Shown here: positions 45,433 to 56,767 of the stretch, piece after piece
Numbering within the stretch: the first letter of the stretch is position 1
Layout of the letters: each line of letters starts with the position of its first letter
DNA from: Babesia bigemina
Taxonomy: Eukaryota
Direction: 5' to 3'
Assembly (NCBI RefSeq): GCF_000981445.1
Contig: NC_027217.1
Location: 310,001 to 374,000 of the forward strand
DNA: 64,000 nt
Made by a program: the position numbers and the translations under genes
Notes under the pieces: model-generated
Told to the model about the DNA's origin: nothing
Seen by the model: only the letters and a program-made list of their open reading frames with translations
Databases searched by the model: none

Positions 45433-46923
45433 ATGGAAGGCAAGCGTGACGCAGAGGCATCTGCGGGAGAGCACGGCAATCACGACGACGTGAACTCCGA
45501 CCACAGCACTGCGCACCGTGGTCAAGATTCCATCGCCAATTCACCCAAGAGAGCACGAACCAATCTTAGCGGTCACACGGCAGTGCGAGATAAGGTTGCT
45601 AGTGTGGAGGAACCTGGCACTGTAACGGGAGAGGCTGTCCATCCTTCAGCTGAAGGGTCGGCTGACGGAGCAGACGAGGTCGAGCAGTCGGAAGATCATT
45701 CCACCTCAGAAGAGCCGCAGCAAAATGCGTGCGAAGATGTTGAAAATGCCGCAGATGTTGCCGATGCATCGCAGTCATCGGATGATGGAAACTCTGCAGA
45801 TGACGTATCGGATTCCCAAGGTGTAAAGGCGGTGAATACCTATGTCGGCCGGATCAGGGAGAAGATCGAGGCCGGAGAACTCGACCAGTCGATCGTGGAC
45901 AGCCTACAATTGCAGCGCCTGGTGGATGGGTGCGCAGTGCCTCTGGGTCAGGAGGATGTAGAGGTGGTGGTGGCGGCGCCAGACGAAGAGCAGCGCTCCC
46001 ACCTTGAGGTGTTGATGTCGCGTCCTGCGCGCCAGCAGATAAAGGCGTTCGAAGGCAACGCGTACATTCAGGGCAGCGAGGAGTACAACATCTGGTACAA
46101 CAAGTGGTCTGGCGAGCGCACCAACACCGTCAACGGCCGGGCGACGCTAATGCCGGCCATGTACAAGTGCGACCCTGAACGTGACACGGGATACACGCGT
46201 GGCAACTCGAAGAACACGCTCGATGACTGTGGTACGAAGTACTGCTGTCTTTTCTTCGCCAAGGGCTGCTGCACACTAGGTTCGAAGTGCAATTACCTGC
46301 ACCGCGTGCCGACAGTTGAGGACGAGTTCTTCCTGGATTCGGGTGTCGATATATTCGGTCGCGAGCGCCACGCCAAGCACCGTGACGACATGAGTGGGGT
46401 TGGCAGCTTCATGACGGACTGCAAAAGTCTGTTCATTGGCGACGTCTATCCTGACAACGCAGAGTACAACCCCGTGGAGAACCTGAAACAAGTGCTGACG
46501 GAGGAGTTCGGACGCTTCGGTCGAATTGTGGAGCTGAATATCGTCCCCGCCAAAGGCATCGCTTTCGTGACGTACGAGTCGCGAGTGATAGCAGAGTTTG
46601 CGAAGGTGGCCATGGCAAGTCAACCACTGGGTAACTACTCCACTGCTCTTAATGTGAAATGGGCCCATGATATGAAGAAAGAAAATCGTAAGAAGGGACA
46701 CGAACGAGCGGCATTCGAAGCTCGAGTGAAACAGCACGAATCTCAGCTTGAGGTCTTCCAGGAGTACTTTTTGAAGAACAACTTCCACACCACTGGACCC
46801 TCAGCTGCAGAACAAGCCAATGCTGAACGCGCTGTTCGTGAGCGTGAGAGACTGGACAAGCTTCACAGCATCCTCCGTGGTGCGGAGGGTGCTGATGAAG
46901 ATCGCTTCGAGGTGACGCTGTAG
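45433..46923 (+). CDS. CWC2: Pre-mRNA splicing factor Cwc2/Cwf2 (Torus-CCCH + RRM) with an acidic N-terminal extension
   Basis: YNIWYNKWSG, CLFFAKGCC.LGSKCNYLH, FGRERHA.HRDDMSGVGSF, and RRM motifs AFVTY and AEFAKVAM. Confidence 0.92.
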   Translation: MEGKRDAEASAGEHGNHDDVNSDHSTAHRGQDSIANSPKRARTNLSGHTAVRDKVASVEEPGTVTGEAVHPSAEGSADGADEVEQSEDHSTSEEPQQNACEDVENAADVADASQSSDDGNSADDVSDSQGVKAVNTYVGRIREKIEAGELDQSIVDSLQLQRLVDGCAVPLGQEDVEVVVAAPDEEQRSHLEVLMSRPARQQIKAFEGNAYIQGSEEYNIWYNKWSGERTNTVNGRATLMPAMYKCDPERDTGYTRGNSKNTLDDCGTKYCCLFFAKGCCTLGSKCNYLHRVPTVEDEFFLDSGVDIFGRERHAKHRDDMSGVGSFMTDCKSLFIGDVYPDNAEYNPVENLKQVLTEEFGRFGRIVELNIVPAKGIAFVTYESRVIAEFAKVAMASQPLGNYSTALNVKWAHDMKKENRKKGHERAAFEARVKQHESQLEVFQEYFLKNNFHTTGPSAAEQANAERAVRERERLDKLHSILRGAEGADEDRFEVTL

Positions 46924-47244
46924 GGTCTCAGCTGCGAGCCGCAGATGAGCCGATAGACTCCCGGAAACTTTGCACTGATGATGTAGAAAAGACGGGTGGC
47001 ATGTCATTGCAGATCTGGTGACGGTTTCTTATCTGTATTTGGGACTAATGACCGTCGACGATATGCCGTCTGCAAAAGAAACCACCTCTAGCATCAATGC
47101 CGCCTGCTGCGACTATGGGGTATTCTGATGTGCCGCTAAGCTGAAAATATGGCTTTGAGGAATCTCCTAGCTAATTGATATGTCGCGTTGGCGACGTTTG
47201 TCTACAACTTCCGGCAATATCGCACAACGGTTGAATATGCCGAC

Positions 47245-48108
47245 GACCGTACTACGCTGTCATAATGTGTTGGGTATCTACTGTGTTAATGGACAACTGA
47301 TTTGTGAGTTGCTATGCGTCGGAGAGACGGTTATTGCTCATGCTAGGAATTCACTAACTGAGCGTTTTTATCATTGTTTGCGTGGTATGAATAGTTGTGC
47401 TGCATAGGGTGTTAAATGGGACCTCCACTGACCTGCTCACAGCCATCTAGCGCCTCTCTGCATGGCATGAGAAGGAGCGATCCCTGTGGCATATAACCGC
47501 AGTAGCTGCACCAACAAACAGCACGTAAATATTTTGGGCGTAATAACAACATGCATATTCAAAAAGTAACTATGGCAAGACATTGAGTCGCTCTGCGATA
47601 CAAGATACACTGCGTTCATGCGCACTGGAATCAACAGGCATTCTGCGTTGAAGTAATGGGTATGGCGCCGAGGCCCGCAAAGCGGCAGCAAAACACAATA
47701 TACATTTGGAAGCTAGAAGAAGTGTACAACGTGATCAATCAACTTAGGGTGTCTACATCATGTTGGATATATGGACATTAAAGCGACTACGTTGAAACAA
47801 CACGCAAAGTTGCGTCTTGAATACCATTCAGGGGACACTAGAAACTATTTGACCTTGTATGGAGCACGCAGAGTGATGGCTGTGCATTGCACACACAAGG
47901 ATTGCTATCACTACACTTGGTACATTAGAGATGCGTCCAGAATGCCAGTGTTGCCACGTCACTCGTAAGCCGGACTCAGGATATCCCATTGTTGATCTTA
48001 TTTCACAGCTTTTCTGAGTTTACGTAATATTCCAGGTTTTCGAGATTTTGCAGCTTTTACAGGCTCCACAGATTTTTCAGCTACTAAAGCTTCTTCAACA
48101 ACAGGTTG
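47245..48108 (-). repeat. Inverted repeat arm A' (partner of 8947-9810)
   Basis: The reverse complement matches 8947-9810 nearly base for base. Confidence 0.95.
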
Positions 48109-48915
48109 TGCAGCTTCCACAGGTTGCTCAACTGGCAGACTCTCTACAATATCAGATCCATAGAAAATGTTGAATCCGGCAAGATCATACATTTTATGAA
48201 TTACATCATTATCCAACACTCTAAAAGTGTCGTGTATATATGCACCATTCATACCATTGCGGCATTCCGGGTCCACGTAACCCAGGGCTTTCAACATGTC
48301 CCCCAAATTCCTATGTGTTGTGTGCGTGTGAAATGGTCCTACTTTAAACTCGGCTGTAGTACGCAAGGATTGTAGACCTGCATACAAGATAGGCGCAATC
48401 CCGACGAGTACCACTGCGCAAGTTTCCGGGTCTTTTGCGCATGATGCTTCCCAAGTCGCTTCTGAACTGTAGGCAGACTTATATTCATCGGGGTTCTTGA
48501 TATCATCCAATATTTTGGCGCATCCATCAATAAATTTGCTCAAGGTCTGCTCGATGAATTCAGGTGTGGCACCCTTGGCTCCTACCACGCGTCCATCCTG
48601 ATCATAGTGGTAATGCCAGTAGCGCCTAAACCCTGTATTTTCCCTACTATCCGGAGTATAGAATCTACTAAGCAATTTCTTCACGAGCAAATCGTCTTTT
48701 AGCTCCGGTTTCTGCAGGAACTCCTTGGCTACGCTTTTAATTTTCTCGAAAGCTGGCAACTGCTGATATCTAGCAGAGTGTTTTGAGAACAGATGGTGTA
48801 CTGCGCCAGCCATAGCCTTCAAGTTGTTTTCGCCATCAGTTCCCTTCAGGGCTAACAGCCAGTCAATGCCCTCCTTGAGGTTGTGAGGGACTTCGGTCAA
48901 CGAAGTGTACACCAT
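47998..48915 (-). CDS. Short ves/VESA1-N-terminal-like family protein, paralog A'
   Basis: 305 aa; closest paralog of 8158-9057, with the same C-terminal EKSVEPVKAAKSRKPGILRKLRKAVK. Confidence 0.87.
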   Translation of the reverse strand: MVYTSLTEVPHNLKEGIDWLLALKGTDGENNLKAMAGAVHHLFSKHSARYQQLPAFEKIKSVAKEFLQKPELKDDLLVKKLLSRFYTPDSRENTGFRRYWHYHYDQDGRVVGAKGATPEFIEQTLSKFIDGCAKILDDIKNPDEYKSAYSSEATWEASCAKDPETCAVVLVGIAPILYAGLQSLRTTAEFKVGPFHTHTTHRNLGDMLKALGYVDPECRNGMNGAYIHDTFRVLDNDVIHKMYDLAGFNIFYGSDIVESLPVEQPVEAAQPVVEEALVAEKSVEPVKAAKSRKPGILRKLRKAVK

Positions 48916-49145
48916 TTTTACATGATTCGTTTAAGTAGACGACTTCTACAAACGTGTGAAATTAGTGTCTGCTCATATGTCTAGCTTTTACGTAGCCGAC
49001 GTTATGGCTGGGAAGCACAACACTAGTGCTGTTCCATTCCAGTGTCTGCGTATCTAAATGAGATAAGCAAGGCTGTCTATGCGAGAGCCGTATAGGCAAT
49101 TGAGGTGCTATGACGGCAATGTTTGCTCATCGCAGACAGATCTAC

Positions 49146-49164
49146 AGTCACCGTGACATGCGGT
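49146..49164 (-). promoter_or_regulatory. Conserved upstream motif of the ves-like paralogs, copy at gene A'
   Basis: The minus strand reads ACCGCATGTCACGGTGACT, ~245 bp upstream of ATG 48915. Confidence 0.4.
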
Positions 49165-51334
49165 ATCCACAACGCATGTCGTTGCAGTATATATGTTTCA
49201 GACGGCAATGGTACATACTGAGCTCACGTTGGTTAGCTGAGTTTGCGCTGGTCAATCAACAATTGAAATCGTACGATGGATTGCGTGTCGTATGATACCG
49301 CATGAGCCGCTCCGTGTTCATGACTCCTCGCAGCTTACAGGCATATAACAGCATATACGCCATGGGAGTGCGCAGTTAGTTAGACAAGCAAACAGTAAAA
49401 TGATGTAGGAAGTACTATTTCATTTAGAATCCGAGTCAGCTGTCGACATGTGTGGCCATACAGATTCAGTGCATTGTAATCACGGGGTGGAGAGGTCAAA
49501 CCGTCCCTTATCCATGTTACGTTGTCATTCCTGCGGTTTTCACCTGATGCGCCAGTGTCTGTGCTGTGGCGGCTATCTCTGCGTAACAAGTATACCGCGT
49601 CCAGCAGGTCGTATACAGGCTGAGCGTCTTGCTTCACGCTTCTATGTGATCCAACATTTTTGAGTTGGCGGAGTTACAAATTGATTTATGTGAGTTGTTG
49701 TAGTTTTAACCTCAGTATTGGGTCAAAAATGTTAAACAACCGTCTCTTCCGTATTAAGGTCACCCGTCCCCCAACCGATATGGGCTTCGTCCGCTCACCG
49801 CCTTGGCTACCTACCAATCCGGTGTCCTGCTAATATCTCTCAAATGGCGCATGTAATTGCAGCTCTACGATTGATTTGCCATGTGTTTGTGCGGTTCTCG
49901 CGATACTACGTAAGCGAGTGCAACTCTATGTATCTCAAGCGTGATTGGTCCTGATTCCTTATTGAGATGAGGGTGACCGAAAGTGTTTCCTAGCCATCTG
50001 TTACCAACAACATATCTCATAGCTTCATCATGTTAATGGCACTTCATACCTGATTGTGAATCACACTCCGCTTTCCCAGCACCCATCCCAGCAAGCCGTA
50101 GGCTGCCGCTGCGTAGGGCGGGCACGGGTAACTGTGATTTAGTAATTACCAATATAAGTCACTTCAGCCTTATGAATAGTTATGATGTGAAGTGATGTGA
50201 ACACGCAGTGAGCAAATGAAGTGCTTTCCTGTTATATTTTTGCCAATGGTGTAGGGTGGCCAAGTGCTCGAACGGTAGTTGGTTGATTAATTTGGTGGTT
50301 GCTGAGGGACAATGATCATTGCCGCATTGAATCTCTTGTTGAGTATTTGGGGCATAGTCTGGTTTCTAGGTTGTGATGAGATCATGAAAGCAAAAACTTG
50401 CATCTTCCCTGGGTGTACCAGAAATACACTATTTGTCTTGTGAGATGTAACGTTAAATCCCATTACTGACATGACATGGTATCGCTAACACAAAAATACG
50501 ATGCCAACTCAGCACCGACAACTACCACAATCTAAGCAAAACCCATGCCGTCACTGAAGGCGCAAACCAGAGCGAACAACACGAACTATGACAATTAAAC
50601 TCTGCCACTGACAAAAAAAACTCCATCTGAGCTACTCATTACTTGGCGTAGTAGTTCTCAATCCGGATGGTGGAAAGAATGGCCCCCTTGATGGTGACAC
50701 ATCGGCACTCCAACGGCGGGGTCTGGCGTAACGTTTCCCCAGGTCTCATGCGTTTGCTTTCTAACTTCAGTGTGACAAAGTGAGATGTTCTCGACGCCAC
50801 CACCGAGTCGCTAAGATCTCCCACATTCTTGACTATGCCGTCAACAAAGACATTGTTAAAGCAACCGGGTGGGTCAAGGACGTATGGAGCTGGGCATCAG
50901 GACGCTACGTCACCTGCGATCATAAGAAGTATCTTGCTACCGAACTGAAGCTCGCCGTCCGCATCGTAGATTTTGTTTGTCTCAGGTTTGGACAGCTCAT
51001 CTGATTCGTACGTAACGCCGCAGCCTTGCATGTAGGGGTCTGTGACCACTACAGCAACTGGATGGCGTAAATCACGCATCTCACACATACAGTATGCTGC
51101 AATATCCCGATGATATCAACACCCGACCCAATCCAGAGAGCCACATCGCACAGTATGCACTCTGGAACAAAAATTAATTCGGCCGCAGACCAGGTATAGC
51201 CAGTAACATTACACAAATTGCACAATGCCTTTTTACATGTTCATTTAGTGTTGCAGTGACTTAGTTGCCATTCATCGGTGTAGGCCAATGGTAACAGAGG
51301 AATGAGACCCAGTTGGCAAATTGGCGGTGTAGGG

Positions 51335-51700
51335 TCATCCGCCAGGTGAATTCACGAAATGCGAGTGATTTTTAGAGTATTTGTATGATGTAATATTTCG
51401 TGTCTGCTGGCGAATCCATGCGACTCTTCTGCACCTTAATCCCGCACCGTAGCGCGCACAGACAGTTACTATTACATTATCAGCGTGGCAGATGGATGCG
51501 GTGAGAAGGTGGCGGAATCACCTTCCATCGAAATTCAAATCTGCTCACATTGACATGATTAAACGCAACATGGTAATGCGGTAGACTGCAGTGCAGGAAT
51601 CCCGACGTTCACGCCGCCGGCAAGATTCCGGATTCACACAGGCCGTCTGGCACGAGGCCTGGGAGTAGCAAGGTGTCAGAAGAAACACCGGCAGAATGAT
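51335..51700 (+). pseudogene. Degenerate dispersed repeat, probable pseudogene fragment (copy 2)
   Basis: Colinear with 7065-7420; WRNHLPSKFKSA here versus WRNHLPLEFISA there. Confidence 0.45.
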
Positions 51701-51808
51701 GCATACCATATACGCGCAGACCAGGGCATTGATCCAAAGCCTGTGCGTCGTAAGAGCATATGCACTCGCAACATCGTCCGCCGCACACAGCGGTTCCAGA
51801 GGCCGCCG

Positions 51809-52157
51809 TGCGCTGGGTTCCGTGGCGTTCAGCTATTCCAACGTGAAGAATCAGTGCAATGCAAAAAAAAGTGAATTATCGTCTAGCAAAGTAGAGTCGC
51901 ATATCGGTGTAACAGCACAGTAAACGCGACCTCCAGAATACCGTGACAGCTAAAACTGGTAACGGCAGCCTGCAGATGTGCGACGCGAAGCTTGCAACAT
52001 CCGCTTCCAGCAAAAAGCAATTATGCTAGCCGTGAAAGACGGCACGGCGGCTGTTTACGCCCCGCATCATGAGACTGCCGTGTTGATAGGAAGTAGATTG
52101 CGCGACTGACCACAGCCGCTGCAATATGCGAATGGCAATAAAACGCAACCTTTTGAA
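51809..52157. repeat. Inverted repeat arm B' (partner of 13853-14199)
   Basis: The reverse complement matches 13853-14199. Confidence 0.95.
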
Positions 52158-52252
52158 CTGCAAGAAGGATCCTCTAATTCTAATAACACATTTAGGCCCA
52201 TTACGTATCATTTTGCCGGAACTTTGTTAAGCCAGTTACTTGCGTCCTGTGC

Positions 52253-52271
52253 ACTGCATGTCACGTTAATT
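52253..52271 (+). promoter_or_regulatory. Conserved upstream motif of the ves-like paralogs, copy at gene B'
   Basis: ACTGCATGTCACGTTAATT lies ~278 bp upstream of ATG 52531 and is identical to the copy at gene B. Confidence 0.45.
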
Positions 52272-52530
52272 GTGCAGATCTGGCCGCAACATAGCCCCTG
52301 GCTGCTGTTATATCTCCGAAACCTGCCTGTTTGATGTTTAAACGGGCTTTAATTTTTCGAACGGGTGCGTGTGTAGTGGAAGGCAACAGCACCGTTGTGC
52401 TTCTCCGCATTTAGGTCACAGCTGGAGGTAACGCTGTCGCTTGAATACGCAGCTATTTGCAGATCGGCCTACAAATACACAACAGGTCCCACACATATAC
52501 CAATCGCACGATTGTATTGCTTTTTACAAG

Positions 52531-53292
52531 ATGATATTCGATTCGTTGACTGAGGCTCCTCGCAACCTCAAGGAGGGCATTGACTGGTTGATCGCCCTGA
52601 AGGAAGGTGATGCGGTGGAGAATGTATTGGCCATGGGCACTGCTGTTCACAAGTTCCTCGCAGACAAGCCTGTTGGCAAGATGGAGCTGCCCGCTCTCGA
52701 GAATTACAAGCGTATTTCACAGAAGTTCTTGGAGCAACCGGAACTTAAGGGCCAGCCATTCGTAAGCAAGCTGCTGGGTAGGTTCAAAGCACCTTTGAGC
52801 AAAAGGCCCGGTGTTCTCGCTAAGTACTTTGGAAATATAATCGAGAGCGATTATCAGAACGTCTTGCAGACCAGACGTGCCAAGCCTGAAGTCGTTGCAG
52901 CGAACGTCGCCCAAGTTCTGTATGGTGTTGAAAAGTTTTTGAACGATATCAAGGACTCCAAATATTACAACCAAGCCTACAGTGGAAGAGCGACATGGGA
53001 AGCGTCGTGCTCGAAGAGCCCGGAAGCTTGCGCGCAGATCCTCGTGGGCATCGCGCCCATGCTATACACCGGCCTGCGTTCTTTGAAGGATGCGACTGAA
53101 ATCGCCAACAAGAAAAAGCCGAATTCCAAGGAAGAGCAGCGTTTGGGAGAGATATTGAATGCTGTGGGTTACACGGAGCCCGAACGCCAAGGCAAAATGG
53201 GCAGCGTGCATCTCCTCAAGGCGTTGAGTGGTGTGGATGAGCAAGTGTTGGCAGTCCTCTACGATCTTGCTGGATTCTGGGCTTTCTATTGA
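52531..53292 (+). CDS. Short ves/VESA1-N-terminal-like family protein, paralog B'
   Basis: MIFDSLTEAPRNLKEGIDWLIALK...ATWEASC...LYDLAGFWAFY*. Confidence 0.87.
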   Translation: MIFDSLTEAPRNLKEGIDWLIALKEGDAVENVLAMGTAVHKFLADKPVGKMELPALENYKRISQKFLEQPELKGQPFVSKLLGRFKAPLSKRPGVLAKYFGNIIESDYQNVLQTRRAKPEVVAANVAQVLYGVEKFLNDIKDSKYYNQAYSGRATWEASCSKSPEACAQILVGIAPMLYTGLRSLKDATEIANKKKPNSKEEQRLGEILNAVGYTEPERQGKMGSVHLLKALSGVDEQVLAVLYDLAGFWAFY

Positions 53293-53817
53293 GCAAAGAA
53301 CTCATTCGACCGACCCGTAAATGCAATAATGCAATCCCACGTTTTGAGGCGGTTTCGAGTGCAGTAGCCATCAAACGAATGGTCATGAAACATGTAAAAA
53401 AGTGAAATGTAGTGAGCCATATGTATTCGTAAAATCCTCGTACACAACACTGCGTCCGTCGAATGAGGTCGAACGCAAGTCTGAACGTATACTGAATCGA
53501 GCTGAGGAGGTCAATTTGGCCACGTGCTTATCAACGCCACACGGTAAAATGTCTTTATACCCGCAAGACCTGGTGTGGAGGCCCGCAGTTTATAAAGCGC
53601 ACTGTGCACTCAACTACGGAGTCTCAGGTGAATGAGAAACCAGTGCGGCCTTGCAATGCTCGATGATACAATTCAATCATCGTTTCAACATGTATACTGT
53701 ACTTGGACCGCGTTTTGGCCGCATCGGCTACACGTATACTCTCTATGAATGCCAACGCAGTGTTAATTTAGATTTATTGACAGCTTCGGTTTTATTTTCG
53801 CAGACTGCGGTTGTGCT

Positions 53818-56448
53818 CTATTCTGTGGTGTCTGGAGGTGCGACTTTGCGTTTTTTGCAGCTCATTTCACCCGCCAACACAGCTGAAATGGTGTTTTTGT
53901 CCAGCAGTAGTGCCGAGTGTGTGACATTGCGTCTGAGTTCTGCAACGCGCTTGTATCTGCACCAGCATCGTTTGCGCTTAGTGGCCTCGACCCGCTCGAG
54001 TGATTTGCGGCATAGGCAGACGGGCTTTAATCCAGATTCAAGCTCCTTCACCCGTTGTTCGCTTTTGAATGCTCGCACCACCTGCTCAGTCAGAGTCTGG
54101 GTGAGGGTTTCGACCTTCTTGAGGAGTCTGACAACGACACCCTTAAAAATTTCTTGCATCTTACCGGTATCTATTGCGCCGGTTTGCGATACTGACGAGG
54201 GCGTTGTGTTTTCCACGCCGTCATTCATATGGTCGGTTTGTGTCTCAGGGTTTGGCGTGCCATTTACGCAGCAGGCCTCGCAGTCGCTTTCTCGCACATC
54301 AGGTAGATGCGTATTACAACTAGCTAGAGCTCGTTGTAGCTGTATTTCCTCGTTTCGTGCGGGGTTATTTGTTCGTGTTGCCATGCATGCTTGGTGCTGT
54401 TGATAAGCTGGGTGTCTCCTTGCTACGTTGCTGTAACCTTCAACCGGAGCTGCGAAATCCGTGTTATGAATATCGACATCTTTCACGCTCCCGGGCGATT
54501 CAGTAGCGTCTGCTTCTGCGTCTTCATTTGGTTCGTTGGTATCTCCTAGGGGTGCTGTTTCACTGAGTGCCCCTACCGACGCACCTGCCAGCCCACCGAC
54601 GGACAAGAGCACCTCCATCTTATGTAGTTTCATATCCGTGTCTTTGACGTATTCGTCGAACGCTGCCCTTTGCTGCCGTCCTTGCGACACGGTTGAACTC
54701 AGCTCCCGCTTGACCTCTTCGTACTGTAAGAGGAGGGCATCTAGATCATTTTGTAGCTTTTCCACCTCTAAAAGCTTGCACTGGTACTTTTCCTTTATGC
54801 CGCGGTGTTCATCAATGCTGTGCGATAAGTTGCTCCTGGCAATATCCAGTTCCGATCGCAGACCTTCCAGAGTTCTTGAGAGCACGTTGCACTCTTCTGT
54901 CTTGTATGCCAAATCCGAACGTGTCTGTTGTAGCAATTCTTTCAGCTCCTCAATTTGCGCGTCGACGCTTTCGCGCATTTGCTTCTCCGCTTCCTTTGCG
55001 CAACCGATCATCTGCTTCAGGTGTATCCTCATGAGTTGGCTGAGCTCATGTAGGGTTTCCACACCTTTGCTGGAATGCGGTGGGATCTGCTGCGGTTCTG
55101 CTACATCCCCTGCGTAAGCTGTGTGTTCCTCGCGGCCTGAATCCGAACGAGAGCCTTCCGCAGGGTCATCGCCTCTGGACATCGCATCGTGCTCCTCAGG
55201 TGGCTCACATGACTGGTCGGGTTCATTTTCTGTAGTGCAGTCTCCGCCAGGTCTGGACTCAGATGCATCAGCGTTACCGGAGTCAATGGCAGCACCATCG
55301 TGTACAGGATCCTTGTGCTGGCCAACCTCTCCGTCCCAGGTCGACATGGCGGTGTCATCAGATTTGGAGCTGCCGCATGTGGCCTCAGATGACGGGGCAC
55401 ACTTCATCTGCATGTCGGCGGGCCATGCAAATTGCGATGCCATACTCTTCAACCTTTCGTAATCCGCAGTTTTTGTTTGAAGGAGCTCTTCTAGCAACAT
55501 ATTCTTCGTTTGGAGCCTTCTGAGGTCAAGCCTCCCCTTTAGCGAAGCCAGATCGGTCAGTCGCACGTTTTCGCACAGCGTTTTGTAGCTTTGCTCCAAG
55601 GTTTCCTGCCTGGTTTTGTATCGGCAGTGCAGCAGTTCGACTTCCTGCTCCAGCGCCTGCGACTTTCTTTGCCTATCCAGCAGCTTCTTTCGCTGTTCCT
55701 TTAGGTCTTCATGCACCTGCTGGACTCGTTTGACGAGCTCGCGCTCCCTTTCCAGCCAATCAGCCTTCTCGTTCCTGAGTATCCGTATTTCGCCCTGCAG
55801 TATTCTACAGCGGAGCTCAGTTGAGCAACTTGAAACTGGTTCCCGCACGTTGTTGTCCCCCACGGCACTTGCAGCTATAGGTGACTGCGTATTTGGGGCA
55901 TCATCCACTGGCTGATACGCACTCCCTCCACTGCCGTCCTCGTCACTTGTTTGATCTGTTTCCGCCGACGAATCTTCTGCCGTTATTGCGCCACTAGAGT
56001 TTGACTCTTCTATAGAATCTTCGCCAGTTAGCTTGCGCCCTACGCCTTCTTCAATGGAATATTGGTCACTGGCGCTGCTGTTGCTGTTTCCATATATATG
56101 CGAGTCGTCGTAGCCGGGCACGGCCGTGTACCGAAGACCGGACGAGTGTTTGAAGGCGCTTGGCTCCACTGCGGCGGCGTAGTGAGGCGAACTGTCGTAC
56201 GAAGATGTGTCTTCGTCGTCGCTGCCCTGCCGATCGCACCCGTTGTCATCACTTGAGTCGCCGTACCGGTACGGGCTTCGGTTCTCCTGCGATTCCGCGA
56301 AGGGGTAGAAGTGTATGTTTTTCACCACTTCCGTATTCGCTTCTAAGTCCTCTGAGTCCGTAGATTCGCCTGACGCAGCATCGCGGGCGTCTTCGAAGGA
56401 CCTGTCTGCGGGAGAGTCGCTTGAGCTGCTCGTTTCATCATTTTCCAT
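53818..56448 (-). CDS. Hypothetical coiled-coil protein with an acidic Ser-rich N-terminus
   Basis: 876-aa ORF with heptad-rich segments and a C-terminal NLS-like KKRK. No family recognised. Confidence 0.75.
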   Translation of the reverse strand: MENDETSSSSDSPADRSFEDARDAASGESTDSEDLEANTEVVKNIHFYPFAESQENRSPYRYGDSSDDNGCDRQGSDDEDTSSYDSSPHYAAAVEPSAFKHSSGLRYTAVPGYDDSHIYGNSNSSASDQYSIEEGVGRKLTGEDSIEESNSSGAITAEDSSAETDQTSDEDGSGGSAYQPVDDAPNTQSPIAASAVGDNNVREPVSSCSTELRCRILQGEIRILRNEKADWLERERELVKRVQQVHEDLKEQRKKLLDRQRKSQALEQEVELLHCRYKTRQETLEQSYKTLCENVRLTDLASLKGRLDLRRLQTKNMLLEELLQTKTADYERLKSMASQFAWPADMQMKCAPSSEATCGSSKSDDTAMSTWDGEVGQHKDPVHDGAAIDSGNADASESRPGGDCTTENEPDQSCEPPEEHDAMSRGDDPAEGSRSDSGREEHTAYAGDVAEPQQIPPHSSKGVETLHELSQLMRIHLKQMIGCAKEAEKQMRESVDAQIEELKELLQQTRSDLAYKTEECNVLSRTLEGLRSELDIARSNLSHSIDEHRGIKEKYQCKLLEVEKLQNDLDALLLQYEEVKRELSSTVSQGRQQRAAFDEYVKDTDMKLHKMEVLLSVGGLAGASVGALSETAPLGDTNEPNEDAEADATESPGSVKDVDIHNTDFAAPVEGYSNVARRHPAYQQHQACMATRTNNPARNEEIQLQRALASCNTHLPDVRESDCEACCVNGTPNPETQTDHMNDGVENTTPSSVSQTGAIDTGKMQEIFKGVVVRLLKKVETLTQTLTEQVVRAFKSEQRVKELESGLKPVCLCRKSLERVEATKRKRCWCRYKRVAELRRNVTHSALLLDKNTISAVLAGEMSCKKRKVAPPDTTE

Positions 56449-56767
56449 GTTCCTCGGCGTTGACGACAGACAACGCTACTGGGCAGCTACCCGGCGTTTC
56501 TGCTTATTTGCGGTTGATATGATGTCGCCCTAAGCCATAGTGTGTATGCAGTCGGCCTCCGCCCTCACGCGCGTGGTGCCGCCGCGTGTGGATACGGCCC
56601 AGGTGGGATTTACGCCGCTTAAGTGCCGCATGTGTAGGTCAGTTGGAATTATACAGCGCGTTAGGTAGGGCTGGTTCGCGTCGCTGAAGCTTCGCATCGC
56701 CGTACATGTGTAATCCACACAGCCTTCCGCGAACGACGTACGCTCACATTAGCGAAGGGTGCGGGCG

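Noticed and set aside
46972..47133. C/D-box snoRNA-like TGATGA...CTGA with a GCAC/GTGC stem
   Set aside because: Too long (~160 nt), no recognisable rRNA guide, and it sits in the probable CWC2 3'UTR. An Infernal/snoscan hit would be needed.
8158..48915. Composite transposon with terminal inverted repeats
   Set aside because: No transposase or target-site duplication; the arms are host multigene-family loci.
50639..51004. Coding-looking short ORFs on both strands
   Set aside because: No family recognised and no supported start or splice structure.
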